From Azolla caroliniana (taxonomy: Eukaryota; Plantae; Polypodiophyta): 64,000 nt of DNA. This document shows positions 13,351 through 26,900 of this stretch, in pieces. The DNA lies in NCBI GenBank assembly GCA_043228905.1, contig JBHGNT010000005.1, forward strand, positions 434,001-498,000, given 5' to 3'. A program made the translations under genes and the position numbers. The notes beneath the pieces were generated by a model that was given only the letters and a program-made list of their open reading frames with translations, did no database searches and was not told the DNA's origin. Positions within the stretch are counted from its first letter, which is position 1, and each line of letters starts with the position of its first letter.

Positions 13351-16300
13351 TTAATCTAGAGCTGTCTTGAAACGATATGTCGGCTTAGGAGGCATATCAG
13401 AAAACCCTCTTGAACCAGCCTGGTTTAAGATCAATGAACTTGCCAATTTTTCCTCAACCTTGGAAACAAACTTGTGGATCCCTAAGTTAACTGGTAAACT
13501 TGTTTGGTCTTGCAAACTTGAAGTACTTGATGACTTTCTCACTTTACTCATTGCACTTTCTTTATTCTTGCTGGTTCCATCCAATGCTTTCAGCATTGTG
13601 ATAGGCACACCTATAGACGAAACCTCACTTACAATTGATAATAACCCTATATTTGGTTCAGTTTTATCAGGAACATCAAAATCTTGTTTACTCTCGATCT
13701 CAGTAACCAAGGGGAAATTCGTAGCTTCTCCTTTGAATCTCCTTCTAACCGATCTCTCATTATTGCTGTCTCCAATACATGTTGGTGTTGCATCAGTTAA
13801 CAAGATCTGCTCATGGTTCACATCTTCCCTCACGGCATATCCATTGCCCAGTTGGAATGTAGATGAAGATTTTGTCCCATTGGATTCTCCATTATTGTGA
13901 AGCCCATTTGGAATAATGGGGTCGTGACTATTCCCAGTCAGAGGGGGTCTTTCAAGAGGGGAAAATGGCAAATCATCTTCACTCTCTTTGAATTCCAGCA
14001 CTGCATCATTATTTGATGTTTGCTTTGATTCTAAGGACAAACCATAATAGCCCCTTAACAATTCCATTGCTGCTGAAGTAGATCTCCTGTCTCTGCTCTT
14101 GTGCTCCCATTTATTTGCAGAATCAAACTTGTCCACAATGCCTTTTTGTGCTGATGAGGAATGCGATGAACTGGAAAAACAAAAGCAGCAAAGTATAACT
14201 AGTGTAAATAATCTGACCAGCATTTTGCAAACTGAATCAATAACATAATTGCAACTTTAAATTTTCTAGGTTTTGAGAGAAGGGAAACAGAAGTCATGTG
14301 TATATCTATTAATACTATCTGTATATGGCATGAGGATTTGAAAAATCTTTAGAAGGCAAGAACATCAAATTCAATCAGTAAGATTAATGGACACAATCGA
14401 AGTATTTTAACAATGTTTCACGCCAAAGCTTTCCAAATGTTTTTTATGGTGTGTCTTTCATTTCTTTCTTCAATTCAAGAAACTTTACTAATCCTTCATT
14501 CCAATTTCCGCTGCACAGCCTCTTTCATTTCTTTCTTCAATGTGAAAAAACATTTATGCTAATCCTTCATTTTTTGAGCTTTATCTCTTCTACAAATCAT
14601 CTTTGGACAATCTGCAAAGAAGAGAAATATTTCATCTACAAGCATAGAGGGCCTCCAACAAGAAATTCTCCAGAAACACCTGCCTTACTTAGAAATACAC
14701 ACAAAGAACGATCGTCACAGAAGAAATAATCTGAACTGGTATTTCAACCCCCACTTCGCATAATACTGACAATTTCTGTAACTTTGATGCAGGGAAGTTT
14801 GTCAACTTTGCCCTCATGTCTTGGAATCTTGTTGTACTTTTGACAACCCAATGAGCACACGGCAATGGAATAATTGATGTCCTAGGCTTCAGATGGGATG
14901 GCATCCATATATGTGACAGGTTACCTCATTCTCTTCTGGACATTTGTGCTTTTTTCCATCCAGCATGGGCTTATTGCCGATCTCTCTTTTGGTTGCCTAT
15001 ATAGATTATTGGGCTATTTTAATGTGTTGTGTATATAGGTACAGAAATATAGATGTCTCTGTATGTACATTTTTTCTGACCTTCAATATGCCATCCCCAT
15101 AAGGCTTTAAATTTAAACTTTTGCTGCTAAATGAGCCCTTATTTGCTGCATGTTCTACTGTACAGGGGGTTCTCATTTTTCAATCGATGCTTGTCAGCAA
15201 TTTAAACTGTCCAACTTTTAATTCTCCACTGTCGCATACTTCTAACAAGTTATTAGATATTGGAGCTCTCTTTCGGCATTTGCACCAGCTGCGGTTATGG
15301 TTTCCCTTTTGATGCATTTTAAGTTCCGTATCAGTTCCTCAGCTAACACAAATTCAGTGTATATTCATCAGGATTCAGCAATCTTATATATCTGTATGTG
15401 TTGTCATGGTTGACAAAACCTCTCCATCAGATGCAATTCTAACATAGGAGAGATTTGCACTTGTATTTTAAGGTTTGTTTTAAGACCTGCCAGGAGCCAG
15501 GACTGGAGTGACATTCCATGGTGTAACTATATGCATTAGTGAATTTGTATTTTTGGGATTTTATTATACTTCCTGAGTGCACTCTTCATACAGCTTTGGC
15601 GGCCTCTTATAGAGAGTTTAACGCCCCCAAGGTAGTTGTTTGCAAGATTGTTTCAGGAGTCCTGTACTCAGCTTCACTACAGATGGAAGTGCCATGGAAG
15701 ATTACCAATGACATAGGATATAGACCCAAGCTAAAGATGTCCCCAATTATCTACTCTACAGTTTGTGTGTTGGATGCAGTGTCATCATGAAACATGTTTT
15801 GAAGAGACTGAATATCTATGACAGCGGAAAAGGCTGAAACATGAAAAGCTGAAATAGTTGAAACATGTCAGTGCACAGAGAGACAGAAGAGGAAGTCTGA
15901 AACCAGTCGTAAAAATAGGACAGCATTTTCGTTTCTTTTATTGTTTGACGATATATATAGGTATATATACTGCCATACAAGTAGCCATTTTGTGGGGTTA
16001 GAAGGACTTTGAACCTTCCAAATTTGCCATATCTTACGTACATACTTTCTTTGAGAGAAGTTCTATTTGTCTGGTTCATATATTTCCAAACCAATGGATT
16101 GGTGCAGAAGCATAAGATGTGTAATGTCGAAACAATCACCATGGTCTATATGCAAGGTACTTTCTCCTCCCATAACCATGCAGATATCCGGTCATTGACA
16201 TGCATAGGAAGGTCAGAAATGCAACACACCAATTTCCATACAAGCACCAATGATGAATAAGTCGATTCAACTTTTCATGGCATGCTGTTATGCTTACTTC

Positions 16301-17605
16301 AAGGTAATCAAAAATTTTGTATAGCGAATAGGCATGCACCTCCTTGTCTTGAAATTAAACGGAGGAGTTTCAGGAAAAAGGAACAAAGCACGTTGATGAC
16401 AAATTAGGCAGGTGTAACGTAAAAAGTAGATTATTCTCCATTCTTTCCAGAATTGAACCACTTGTTTGGACTCATAAATGCATCTATGCCCATTTCTGGG
16501 GCTTAGATGGAGCATAAAGTTAGCTAGCTTCAGACATACGATGATCTTATATAGTTCTAAAGGAGGTTGCTTGAGAGGGATAACATATACTATAAATTTA
16601 TTTTCAAGCTAAACAAACATATTAAGAAGTCCCGCTGCAAATAACCATATATCTAACCTTGCAATATCTATACTGGTTACATGGAGATAACAATGACTGA
16701 CTCAAATCACTAATGACATGCAAAATGAGGGAATTCATAACAGCTCAAGTTATAGAGTCTTCCAGGATACACAAACATCCAATAACGATTTATACATAAT
16801 TAAGGAATTGGCAAAGGGATGGCACCTTGGGTTAAACAAAGCTGTTGTTCGAAGATGCTTCCCATGAAGGGGAATTCTAAGTATTTTATGTGCAAACATT
16901 TGAGAGTCTGTTCCAAGTCCATTAAATCGCTTGACATCAGCAACCTAAAAAAAAGCCCTTACATTATGAAATGGATGATGCATTATTAAAAAAATTGAAA
17001 GTGAAAGAGGTTCAATATATCCCTATATTTTATGGGTTATTCTTCATACATTACAAATCAGTGTAAATCTGACGCACACTCTGTTCTGAGGTAGTATTCG
17101 CACATGAAATGTATACCAGAGTTATGTACATTGAATATGTCCCTGGTATGTTACAGATAATTCATCATACATACTAATCTGCTAAAATTCTCTAATGTTA
17201 ATGCATTTATTGCATAAGAAATTTAGTGTCATGGCACTATACAAGTATGACACGTAAATACATCCCTTGTAACCTACGATAATCCTAGTGAAACATTGTA
17301 GTGCTGAGACAGTTCTTGCATCACAAATGTGCCACCTGACTGTATAATGGATTTATGAAAATAATGCACAAAATGTATATCAGAATCCTAAATCATGTGT
17401 CAAATGACCAAAAAGAACACATGGACGAACATGAATGAATATTAATCAGATTTTATATAGATAGGTCTTACAGGAGATTTACCTCAACACCATACTTGAT
17501 GGCAACACCTGGGAGAGTGTCGAGCTTGGATACATAATGTTCTATATAGTCATAATTTGGGCGACTCGATCTCGAACTTGATATAACAGGCTTATCATTG
17601 GGCAT
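13351..17605 (-). CDS. LysM-domain protein (plant intracellular LysM family, At5g08200/At5g23130-like), 3 coding exons, ~353 aa
   Basis: Exons 17605-17483, 16944-16826 and 14170-13351 join in frame (1062 nt). The LysM domain reads YIEHYVSKLDTLPGVAIKYGVE|VADVKRFNGLGTDSQMFAHKILRIP. Family motifs AMELLRGYYGL, VRKSSSTSSLQD and C-terminal KTALD are present. An in-frame TAA lies upstream of the chosen ATG. Confidence 0.88.
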
Positions 17606-20526
17606 ATTGGCATATGAAGAAAAAACAGGATGAGAGATTTTGCCTGTGCACGATCGTGCAACAATGTCTTCTATCAACTTTTTGGATTATAATATCGAGA
17701 AACAATGAACCAAGGTTTTTTGGTTGATGAAGCCAGCAATGGAAGAAGCTCAATGAAGCACCAGATATATTGATTGATCATCCAATAAGATTAGACCCTT
17801 CTTAAGGATTATATTATCGACCAACAATTAATTGATTTGGGAAATAATAAGCTAAGGTGTATTGACCAATACAGCAACATTCAAAGAAATTTAACAGATT
17901 ACAAGCTGTATTGATCTTCCGAGAAGCTTTTGAACCTTTCTTAAGGATTATATTCATGAGCTGAGGTATATCTATTGACAGAGTAACAATGTAAGAAATG
18001 TAAAGAAAATATGAGATAATCTCAGATTTGAGACCTGTTTCTTCACAATGATCTTTCAAGAATTCCTTCTAAGAACTTTGTACGAGGAAATTGGGCATAT
18101 CAGGAGTCCATATTTTCCTTTCTTCCATGGACGACAAATTATTAAGCAGCTTTTTTCTTCATTTTCAAAAGGAATAAAAACTCTCAGTGTCCGACGCAGA
18201 AAAAGAATAGAAAACACGGATTCAATTTCTGATATGCGTCACAGATCAATCTTGCAAGGAGAATGTCATGCCATAATATCAAGGAAATGCATTGGTAGAA
18301 GGTTATTGATTCAATCCAGAGAAGATACTGATATGTAGCTTTCCTTAAGAAAGTTCTCACGACCTAACTGTAGATTGACAAAAGATTGAGAATCTTCTTA
18401 CTGCATTTGTAGCAGGAAAACCCTAGAATCTCCTCTGAGAAGCAAAGAGAACACAGATCCAAGACCCGATATGGTGTTCATGGGGAAGAGTTGATGCTCA
18501 TCATCATTATCATCATCTGTCAAAACACCAAATGCTTCGTTTGAAAACTATACCTGAAGATTTCGAGATCCAATCGATCACCAAGATCTGATTATGAAAG
18601 TTTTGAAGGTCGATCCAATCAACCAAAAAGGGTGATGAAGGATGAAAGAAGGAACAAAGAAGGAAGGTGACGATCAAGCATCTATACGGGGAAGAAGAAG
18701 AAAGAAAGCAAGACGATGAAGAATGATCAAAGAAACATGACGAAGACCCTGATGATGACTGAAGAAGATGAAGAATAACAAAGATGATGAGAGAGAGAGA
18801 AAAAGATAACTGCGAATGAAGAAGACGAAAACGATGAATGAAAGACAGTAAAGAAACAGATGAGTGAGCAGAAAACTCTCGAAAGTCTCAGAGAACTGTC
18901 TTACTGGGGATGGATCAGATGATCTCTCTAAATCAGATCCGACAGAAAGAAGGCGAGCGGAGAGAGAAATCTCAGATCTGAGAATGTTCTCTGATGGCGA
19001 CGGTGGATCAGAAACACAAGCTTAAGTCCTTGCTGCCTCTCTTCGTGTGTCCCTCTTCTTGGTTCTGCCTGAGAAAGGTTTCGGGGGGGGGGGGGGGGCG
19101 ATGGCGGATCAAAAAAACAGAGGCTTAGGGTTTCTTTCTGTCTTCTCCTCCGTCGTCTTTATTCTAGACTGCTTTTCGGAAGCTTGAGCTAAGCAAGCTT
19201 TTTAATCCGTCTGTCTGTCTGTGTGTCGACCTGCCTGCTTGAGAAAGGTTACGAATGGGGGCGATGGTGGATCAATCAAAAAAAGACTTTCTCGCTTGCG
19301 TCTGTGTATGTATACATACGACTGACTGTGTATGTCTCTCTGTCTTCTCTATTTTCTATTCTTATTCTCTCTTCTCTTCTCTTCTGCTCTGTTCTGTTCT
19401 CCCTAGACTCTCTCTTCTCTTCTTCTATGTACATATTTCCTTCTTCCTTCACTTACGCAATCCAAATGATCACTCAATCACATGACGATATAACAAACAA
19501 AAGCAATGAGCCCAACATTATGTGGTCGGTCATTCATTCACTCATTCATTCATTCGGGCAGGCGGACAACCAAAATGCTCCATCTTCAACCCCCCCCCCC
19601 CCTTTTGGAAAACCTGGTTACATATCGGACTCCAAATTGTTCCACCTTAACCTTCCTTCTGCTCGAACATGTTGATTGTTGTTGGTTTCATGGTTTGTGT
19701 TGCAACTTCAACATCATACAGTTGCGAGAACCTCGGCTCGATCCTCAGCACCCCATCCCATAGATCGTGTTTAAACTTTGTTTTTCATCGTTTTCTACAT
19801 CGCAACCGCCGCCGCCCAAGAGAAGGTGTGATGTTCTTCTACCCGATATTGAGGCTACACTCAATGGCAATAGTCAGATAACTCATTACAATTAAGAATA
19901 AATGTCGTCTTCCCTTCCCATGTCACATTTATAATATGAGCTTCCCCATTGTACTAATGTTGAGTTTCTTATATAATGCCGTATGAGATTCCTCGTTAGA
20001 CAAAATGATGGACCGTTAGGAAGTAAAATAACATTGTTATCTCACAACTAAATTGGTCATAGTCATTATCTATCTTCCATGTTATGGCATCAATAGTTGT
20101 GGTATATGTCTATCAACCTAAGAATAAGGGGAGATTATTATTCAGCATGGATATCACACCAACTAATAATCCAATAACAACTACATGTGGCATGGCTAGA
20201 AATGGCCACTTGCTTTGTAGGTTAGGGGCATGTTGCCCAGATTATGATTGGGTGGTGAAACATATCTATTCATTGGGGTATATGAACATGTATCACCGTA
20301 GTTTGGTTGTTTTGTGCACCACAAATGCTCACTATTATCCTTGCTTTTGCAATGGAAAGAAAATACATGTTACAACTCATATTAATACTTGCTAACATGT
20401 TTTTATGCACTTATAATATGAATAACCACCTTGTATATAGTTATTATATGCAACGAGTATATCAATCATATCCTCGTGCATCTCCCAATGGTAACAATGC
20501 ATGCTCCCTTGCAACATTATTTCCCA

Positions 20527-20786
20527 TAGTACGTAAAATTCATGTTCGTCTAGTATAACATTCGTTTTCCTACATTGGAAAACGAAACCGAATGTTATTC
20601 AAACATTCTTGTGTTTTTTTTTGTTTTTCCCCAAAATTTTTAATGTTTTTTTCCATTTTTTAGGCCTATTTACCTCATAATAAACAGTTAATCCAAAAGT
20701 ATGGTATTTATCATTCTTTGAGGGTGTTTTTCTTGCACAATTGATTGAAACACTCGCGAATGCGAATACGCGTATGGTACGTAGTA
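20527..20786 (+). mobile_element. Short non-autonomous element (MITE-like), copy 1
   Basis: About 260 bp, homologous in reverse orientation to 35796-36042. Short imperfect terminal IR tagtacgta/tacgtagta and internal hairpin ttcgttttc...gaaaacgaa. Confidence 0.65.
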
Positions 20787-22401
20787 TTTCCTTATGTGTG
20801 ATATCATTTTGTTGGCCTATGTGGCACCTTGAGAATTTTGCATTCATAATATACTAATTTGATTGTTGTCTACAATGCAATGTTTGCATTGACTATTAAT
20901 GTTTAGTTTGTTAACTACCTAATAATTATCAATGCAAGCTCTCATTAGTATTTCGGGCTTAATTTGTTCCCATGTTCAATTGTCATTTGTGTATTTCACA
21001 ATCAATGTAAGGAGATATCTATTCATCTGGTCATCACAAACAAAATGGATATATTAATGTTTGTGGTTGTGTAATGCCCAAATGTTCATAGATTATTGAT
21101 ATATAGTTTTCAACCCTTGATCGCGGAAAATGTCCCAAATTTCAAGCCATTCCTAATAGTAGATTGTTAGAGTGGAACGAACTCTATGAAGTGTTTTTAA
21201 GAGTGAAGACAAAGCAAACTTGGTTCTCAGTTATTTAATCTATAAATTGAATACAATTGCCAAGCACGAGGTTAACCACAAGTTTTGTCAATGCAAGTTA
21301 AGAAATAATACATGGGGATGTCTTAAGTAGCAACATTCATTATATATAATGGCAATTGTAAAATGTCATTGTTAAATAATATCGGAATGAAAAAGTGGAG
21401 GTTCTCAATCCGATCCCATCATTCCATGTGTCGTTTTGATCAGGGAGCGCCATGGAAACTCATGTAAGCCATTTGGTTTCCTATATACTTAAGCTAGATG
21501 CTTCTAATAATACCAATTATGTCATCGTTGGTGCTCATTTCGGTGTATGCTAATTGACAATCACAATTTATTTACCTTTTTATCAAGTATCTGGTCATTT
21601 GACATGTGTAATCGACAATATACAAATCTAATCAATTAGAATGCTCAAGCTCAACAACTAAAGTTTCAATATGTATTCTATAAATATTTCAATATATGAT
21701 AGTCTTCACAAATTTGAGATGTTATTGTCCATGAAGGCCTGTCATGTTCGAACCACCAATGACTTTTTCTTGCAAGAAAATAAATGAAATCAAGGTGCAT
21801 TATATAAATCTACAAAGTGAACATATAATGTTCGACTAATGCTTCATCTGGACCCACATGGTTACTTGCTAAGGAATTAGTACGTTATAAAACTCCCCCA
21901 TTTAACACTTTATAGTAACATTGTCCATAAAAATCTATATTTGCACTAATAATAAAAGGCAAATATATTGCAATGGTTGTTATTTAAATGGAGGAAATAT
22001 TCAAGAAGTTGGTATTCACATCATAGGAATAAAGTTTTCGGCTTAGGACAACACGCACAACACTAAGCATTACCACTCTACATGTATTGTCTAGAGTCAA
22101 TGAATACAAGCAATGAATGACGATGTGAATCCATAGTTATGGTGTCATAACTAAAAGAGACATTCATAGAAAAAACCATGGGATAGTCACAAATCGAAGA
22201 CTTGCTAAGGGAATATAGATGGTGTAATGTTGTGTGGTGGTAGTGATGAAGAATGTGGATTGTTGTCAACATGATGTGAACAATTTAAATGTGTAAGGAG
22301 ATCTAAACGGATTAACATGATGGAGCCATCTATAGGGACGCGCCAACTAGAATGTTTATTTTTCTTGATATATTAAGTTGTCTTAAAGGCACTTTCAAAT
22401 T

Positions 22402-22441
22402 GACGAGATGGCCGAGTTGGTCTAAGGCGCCAGATTAAGGT

Positions 22442-22474
<33 letters not shown>

Positions 22475-22482
22475 TCTCGTCA
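22402..22482 (+). tRNA. tRNA-Leu (anticodon AAG)
   Basis: Identical 81-nt sequence to the copy at 11908-11988. Upstream CAA motif present. Confidence 0.97.
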
Positions 22483-23887
22483 TTTATGGAGTCATCCTTC
22501 TAGGGATGAAGAACACATTATGATGATTTGTGCATGGCAACAAATAATAGTTTAGCTCGTCTTTTGAATGAATATAACCCTTAAATCCATATGACATGAC
22601 TTACATATGGGAGTCCCTAGTCTACTACAACATTGGCATTTCATGGATTGTATTGAGTAGGGAAAAAACTATATTGACACTTTGTACACTATATGTGATT
22701 CTCTCATGTACTCGAGTAGTTGTGATGACGATGACATTGTTGTTAGAACATTTGATGTCATAAAAGTTTGATCGAGTAGGATTTTTTTTAAATATCCTTC
22801 ATTCATTGATCGAGTAGGATTTTGAGTGATCATTGCTAAATTCTATAATATTCATGTGGCAGTAGTCACCTTATTAGAGTGGGAATGTTTCTAGAAACTC
22901 CGATGCATCAATTTGATGTTTAAGCATTTGCACATATTGTTATGTTAGGATGAATGGTTGATGTAAAGTATACAAAACTATGCGATGGGTCATTACTAGC
23001 TCCATGGAATTGCATTTGGCCACAATGACGCCATTTCACAAGCAATGTGAAACTCGTATAGACCATTTATTTTTCAATGTAAGAAGATTTGACTTTATAT
23101 TGTATTTAAGAGAGGAGGACCCAACAAATGGCCGCGCTATGTACAACTTGTCATTTTAGCACAAAGGACGTCAAGGTTCCAAAACACTTAAAAACAAAAT
23201 TTGGCCACCATATGTCGATTGCGTGACTAAATTCTTTATATATTCCCAAATCCATAGTTTCCGGAGAGGAGAGTTACGAGGTCATCCAAAAAAAGTTGTC
23301 GGTCATAGAGCACAACATCAAAACCCTCATGCACAGGAGGCAAAAGTCGAGAGAGAGCAAGAATGTCACGACCAGTTTGTTGTCAGCATCGACACGCAGG
23401 ATGCTTGCCACACATCGACCGTCCAATGGTGATCGCCTTGCCTGATGGAGGGCTAGCCAATTCCTTGCATTATTGCGCACCCCCCTAATCAAATAGGGAC
23501 AATCACATGAAGGTGTATAAGTCAGGCAAATGTGACACACATTCCTCTTTGCCATTGATCGTGCATCCAACCGGGCAACATATGATTATATGTACTGATT
23601 ATATGCCATTAGAAGTAACCTTTCAACCCCAACTACTACTTACTAGTGTATTAGTAGTAGTATGTAGTGGTATGAGAGACCAATGTTTGAGAAGTGCCAT
23701 CGGAAGTAACCTTCGAACCTCTTCTAATATGTACATACATACTTACTAGTACATAGTAGGTAGTAACTTGTAAAGTTGTAACTAGAGTATGTACTAGTAG
23801 TGTAAGTTACAAGTTACAACTACAAGGCTAGAAAGGAAGAAGCAAAGGGTTTCTTTCTATAGCTTTCTCTTCTTCGGTTTCTCTGCT

Positions 23888-23895
23888 AAACCCTA
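23888..23895 (+). promoter_or_regulatory. Telo-box (AAACCCTA) in the 5' leader of the SRP40-like gene
   Basis: Exact motif 19 nt before the ATG. Telo-boxes are typical of plant ribosome-biogenesis genes. Confidence 0.6.
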
Positions 23896-23913
23896 GCGAG
23901 CCACACCATCGCC

Positions 23914-26900
23914 ATGGCTGTGGACGAAGCCAAGGAGGTCGCATCCATCGTTGCGTCTTACCTTCGGAAGCATGGGCTAACGAAGTCTCTCTCTGCTTTC
24001 CTCGCAGAGAGTGGTGTGGTAAATACATATCTTTATCATCATCTCGTCACGTAGTGTACTGTTTGGAGACGCAGATATATATAACAGAGAGAGGAGAGAG
24101 AGAATTTGTTTTTTTCTTGATAGATAACATGTAACAAGAGCAATGCCTTAGATTTGGAGACGATCTACAAGTCTTACATTTCCACACAAGTCAAGTATGT
24201 TTGCTTCCGATTCTCTCATATAGTCAAATCGCCGAGATAGTTTATCGTTTTTAACAATATGCAGAAGACATTGCTGTTTATTAGCATTTGATGCAAGAAT
24301 AAAACAGGCATTTTTTTGTGAAGAAGTAATATTGATTTGATGAAGTTCACCTGGTAGTGGATACTTTATTCTCATTCAACATTGGCAATCCTGCTGTAAC
24401 AGTGGAATTACAAAAGCTGAGAAGAAAAAGCCTAAAGCAAAAGATGGATCTCCAAAGGATGTGAGTAATGAGGTACTATCCTATCTTTTTTTTTCCTGAA
24501 ATCTGAGCCATTTTTATTTTTGAATTTGTACTGATTATTTAGCATAATACAAAATTAGCATCAAAGATTTGTATGAAAATAAAGGTTAGATATAAAAGTT
24601 TAACTGTTACATGCTTAAACATCTGGTCAATGCTGCAAGATTGTAGTGCTGAAATGCATAGGAATTTGTATTCTTTTATTGGCTTTTGGAAATAATTAGG
24701 AATTTAGGAGAGTATGAATTTGACTTTATACAAGAAGGTTTTTACATAAAAAACCTTGTACATTACCAGTTTGAAGCTATATTTGTTCTTGGGACATGAT
24801 ATAGGAAATTTAAACTATAGGTTTCATTACATTTGGGCAGATAACAAACTATGAAGTACTTGTCTGTAAAAAATTACGCCTAGTATATTTGGGCAATGAT
24901 GCAAGCTAAATACGATGAGAACTTTCAAAATACTATTGTATGGGAGTAATGCACCTTTCTTTATTGTTTGTCCTTTTTGTAGCCTTCAACACTTGAGGTC
25001 GAGGAAGACGCGAAAAGAAGTGATAACACTTCCTCAAAACTGTCAAAGAAAAAAGGTAACAAAAGGAGTGCAGACGACTTAACTATTGTGCTTGAGGCAA
25101 ATCAAACCCAACAAGGAAAAAAGGAGGTAAGGAATATGATACATCATAATGGAAAGCTCCCTGAGTTTTTCTTTATTTTCCCAAATGCCCCTGAGATTTT
25201 GTTATTTCCCCAGATGCCTTTGGTACAACTTCTGAAAAAGCATTTATGATATTTGAGCAACTAAATGGCCAATACATCCCCTTTCATGCAATTTGAGCAA
25301 TTATATAGTCAATTCATCTTTTCATTCTTTTTTATTCTCCTAAATGCCCCTGAAGTTTTTTTGCCCATGAACATATTTAAGAAACTATATGGTCAATGCC
25401 TCCCCTTTTATACAATTGGAGCAATTATATGGTCGATTCGTGCCCCTTCTTATACATAATTATATGTGCTATTTGAAGAATTATATGCAATTCATTCTCT
25501 TTTCGCTGCTATTTGTTGTGCGATTTGAGCAATCCCTGTTTCTCTGTTTCCTATGCTAATTTAGCAAGTATGTTATTCATTCATCCCCCTTCTCTCTTTT
25601 CGGAGGAAATAACAAGACATCAAGGCAGTTGGGAATTAAACAAAAATTAGGGTTGTAGTATTTTACCATACATAGTATGAACAAAAGAAAAAAACTTTCA
25701 CTAGCTGATCCTTTGTCTTTTTGGTAGTTCAGAATATAGGGGAGGAAGAGGATACTACAAACGAGTTGAAGAGGATGAAGAAGAGCAAGAAGCAAAAGAT
25801 AAACAAGGATAACTGTAATCGTGTTATAGAGACTGACCAAAATGAGAAGCCCTCAAGCAAGAAAAAAAAGGAGAAGATTTATGAGGTCGAAGAGGAAGAA
25901 GAAATGACCAAGATAAACAAAGAGAAGGAAAAATCAAGCAAAGAGAAGGAACAATCAGGCAAAGAGAAGGAAAAATCAAGCAAAGAGAAGGAAAAATCAA
26001 ACAAAGGAAAGGAAAAATCAAACAAAGAGAAGTCTAATGGAACGGTAGAGCTATCAGAGGATGGTCAAAATGTAGAGCCTATTGAGAAAGTATCAAGTAA
26101 AAATAGTAAAAAGGAAAAGAAGATTTCTGACACTGATGAAAAAGGAGAGGTGGTAAATGAGACAAGCAAGAAGAACAAAAAGAGCAAGAAAGAAAAATTA
26201 AACAATGAGAAGATTGATCAAATAGACGACACATTGATCAATACTGTTATTTTGAAAGCAGATGAATCAACTTCTGCTTCAAAAAATAAGAAGAAAATGA
26301 AGGGGAATTTAGTTCAGGAGACATTGCAAGAGGATGAGAACATGTCTACGCCTAGTAATGGGGCTATTCAGAAAGAAGATAGTGTATCTGTGGAGATGAA
26401 TGGATTAAATTCGACTGGGACCAAAAAGCGGAAAGATACTCCCGGAAAATCAGATTTGGTGAGTAATGCACATACCATAGACTTAAGTATAATTTGTGTA
26501 ATATGTGGGTTTTATGTATGTTTCCTGTTGTGATATACATACAATACAGGTTTTTGTATATAATTGTGTGTGAGAGAGAGATTTGACTTTGAAAAAGAAG
26601 GTGAGGATAGATATGCTATCAGAAAGATGCCAGAGTGCTCTAACAATGATAAATACGTCTAGAATGTTCTAAAGGACATATTCTTGAATGTCCGTGATGC
26701 ATTATGTTTCTCAAGGGTTTTTAGTTTAATAGGAAAGCAAATATTACATATACAAGAGTCAATCACACGATTGGAAAACATGACAAAGGCCTCTTAAATG
26801 CTCTGAAGGACATACTTGTGAATGCCGACAAGGTATTATGCTTCTAGAGGGATTCCTAGTTTAATTGGAAAGCAGATACTACATATACAAGACTCAGTTA

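Noticed and set aside
13367-13900. Antisense ORFs opposite real exons (also 33535-33903, 33925-34287, 49544-49936) and the 59021-59668 ORF
   Set aside because: These are shadow ORFs of coding sequence or intron read-through, with no independent support.
21200-22070. Possible PIF/Harbinger transposase remnant; similarly hAT-like traces at ~1100-1350 and ~42450-42900
   Set aside because: Only vague, heavily frameshifted similarity, with no TIR/TSD found.
22483-22570. Possible dicistronic tRNA-snoRNA (hairpin tcatcc/ggatga and an ATGATGA C-box-like motif after tRNA-Leu)
   Set aside because: There is no CTGA D-box before the next T-run and no recognisable rRNA antisense element.
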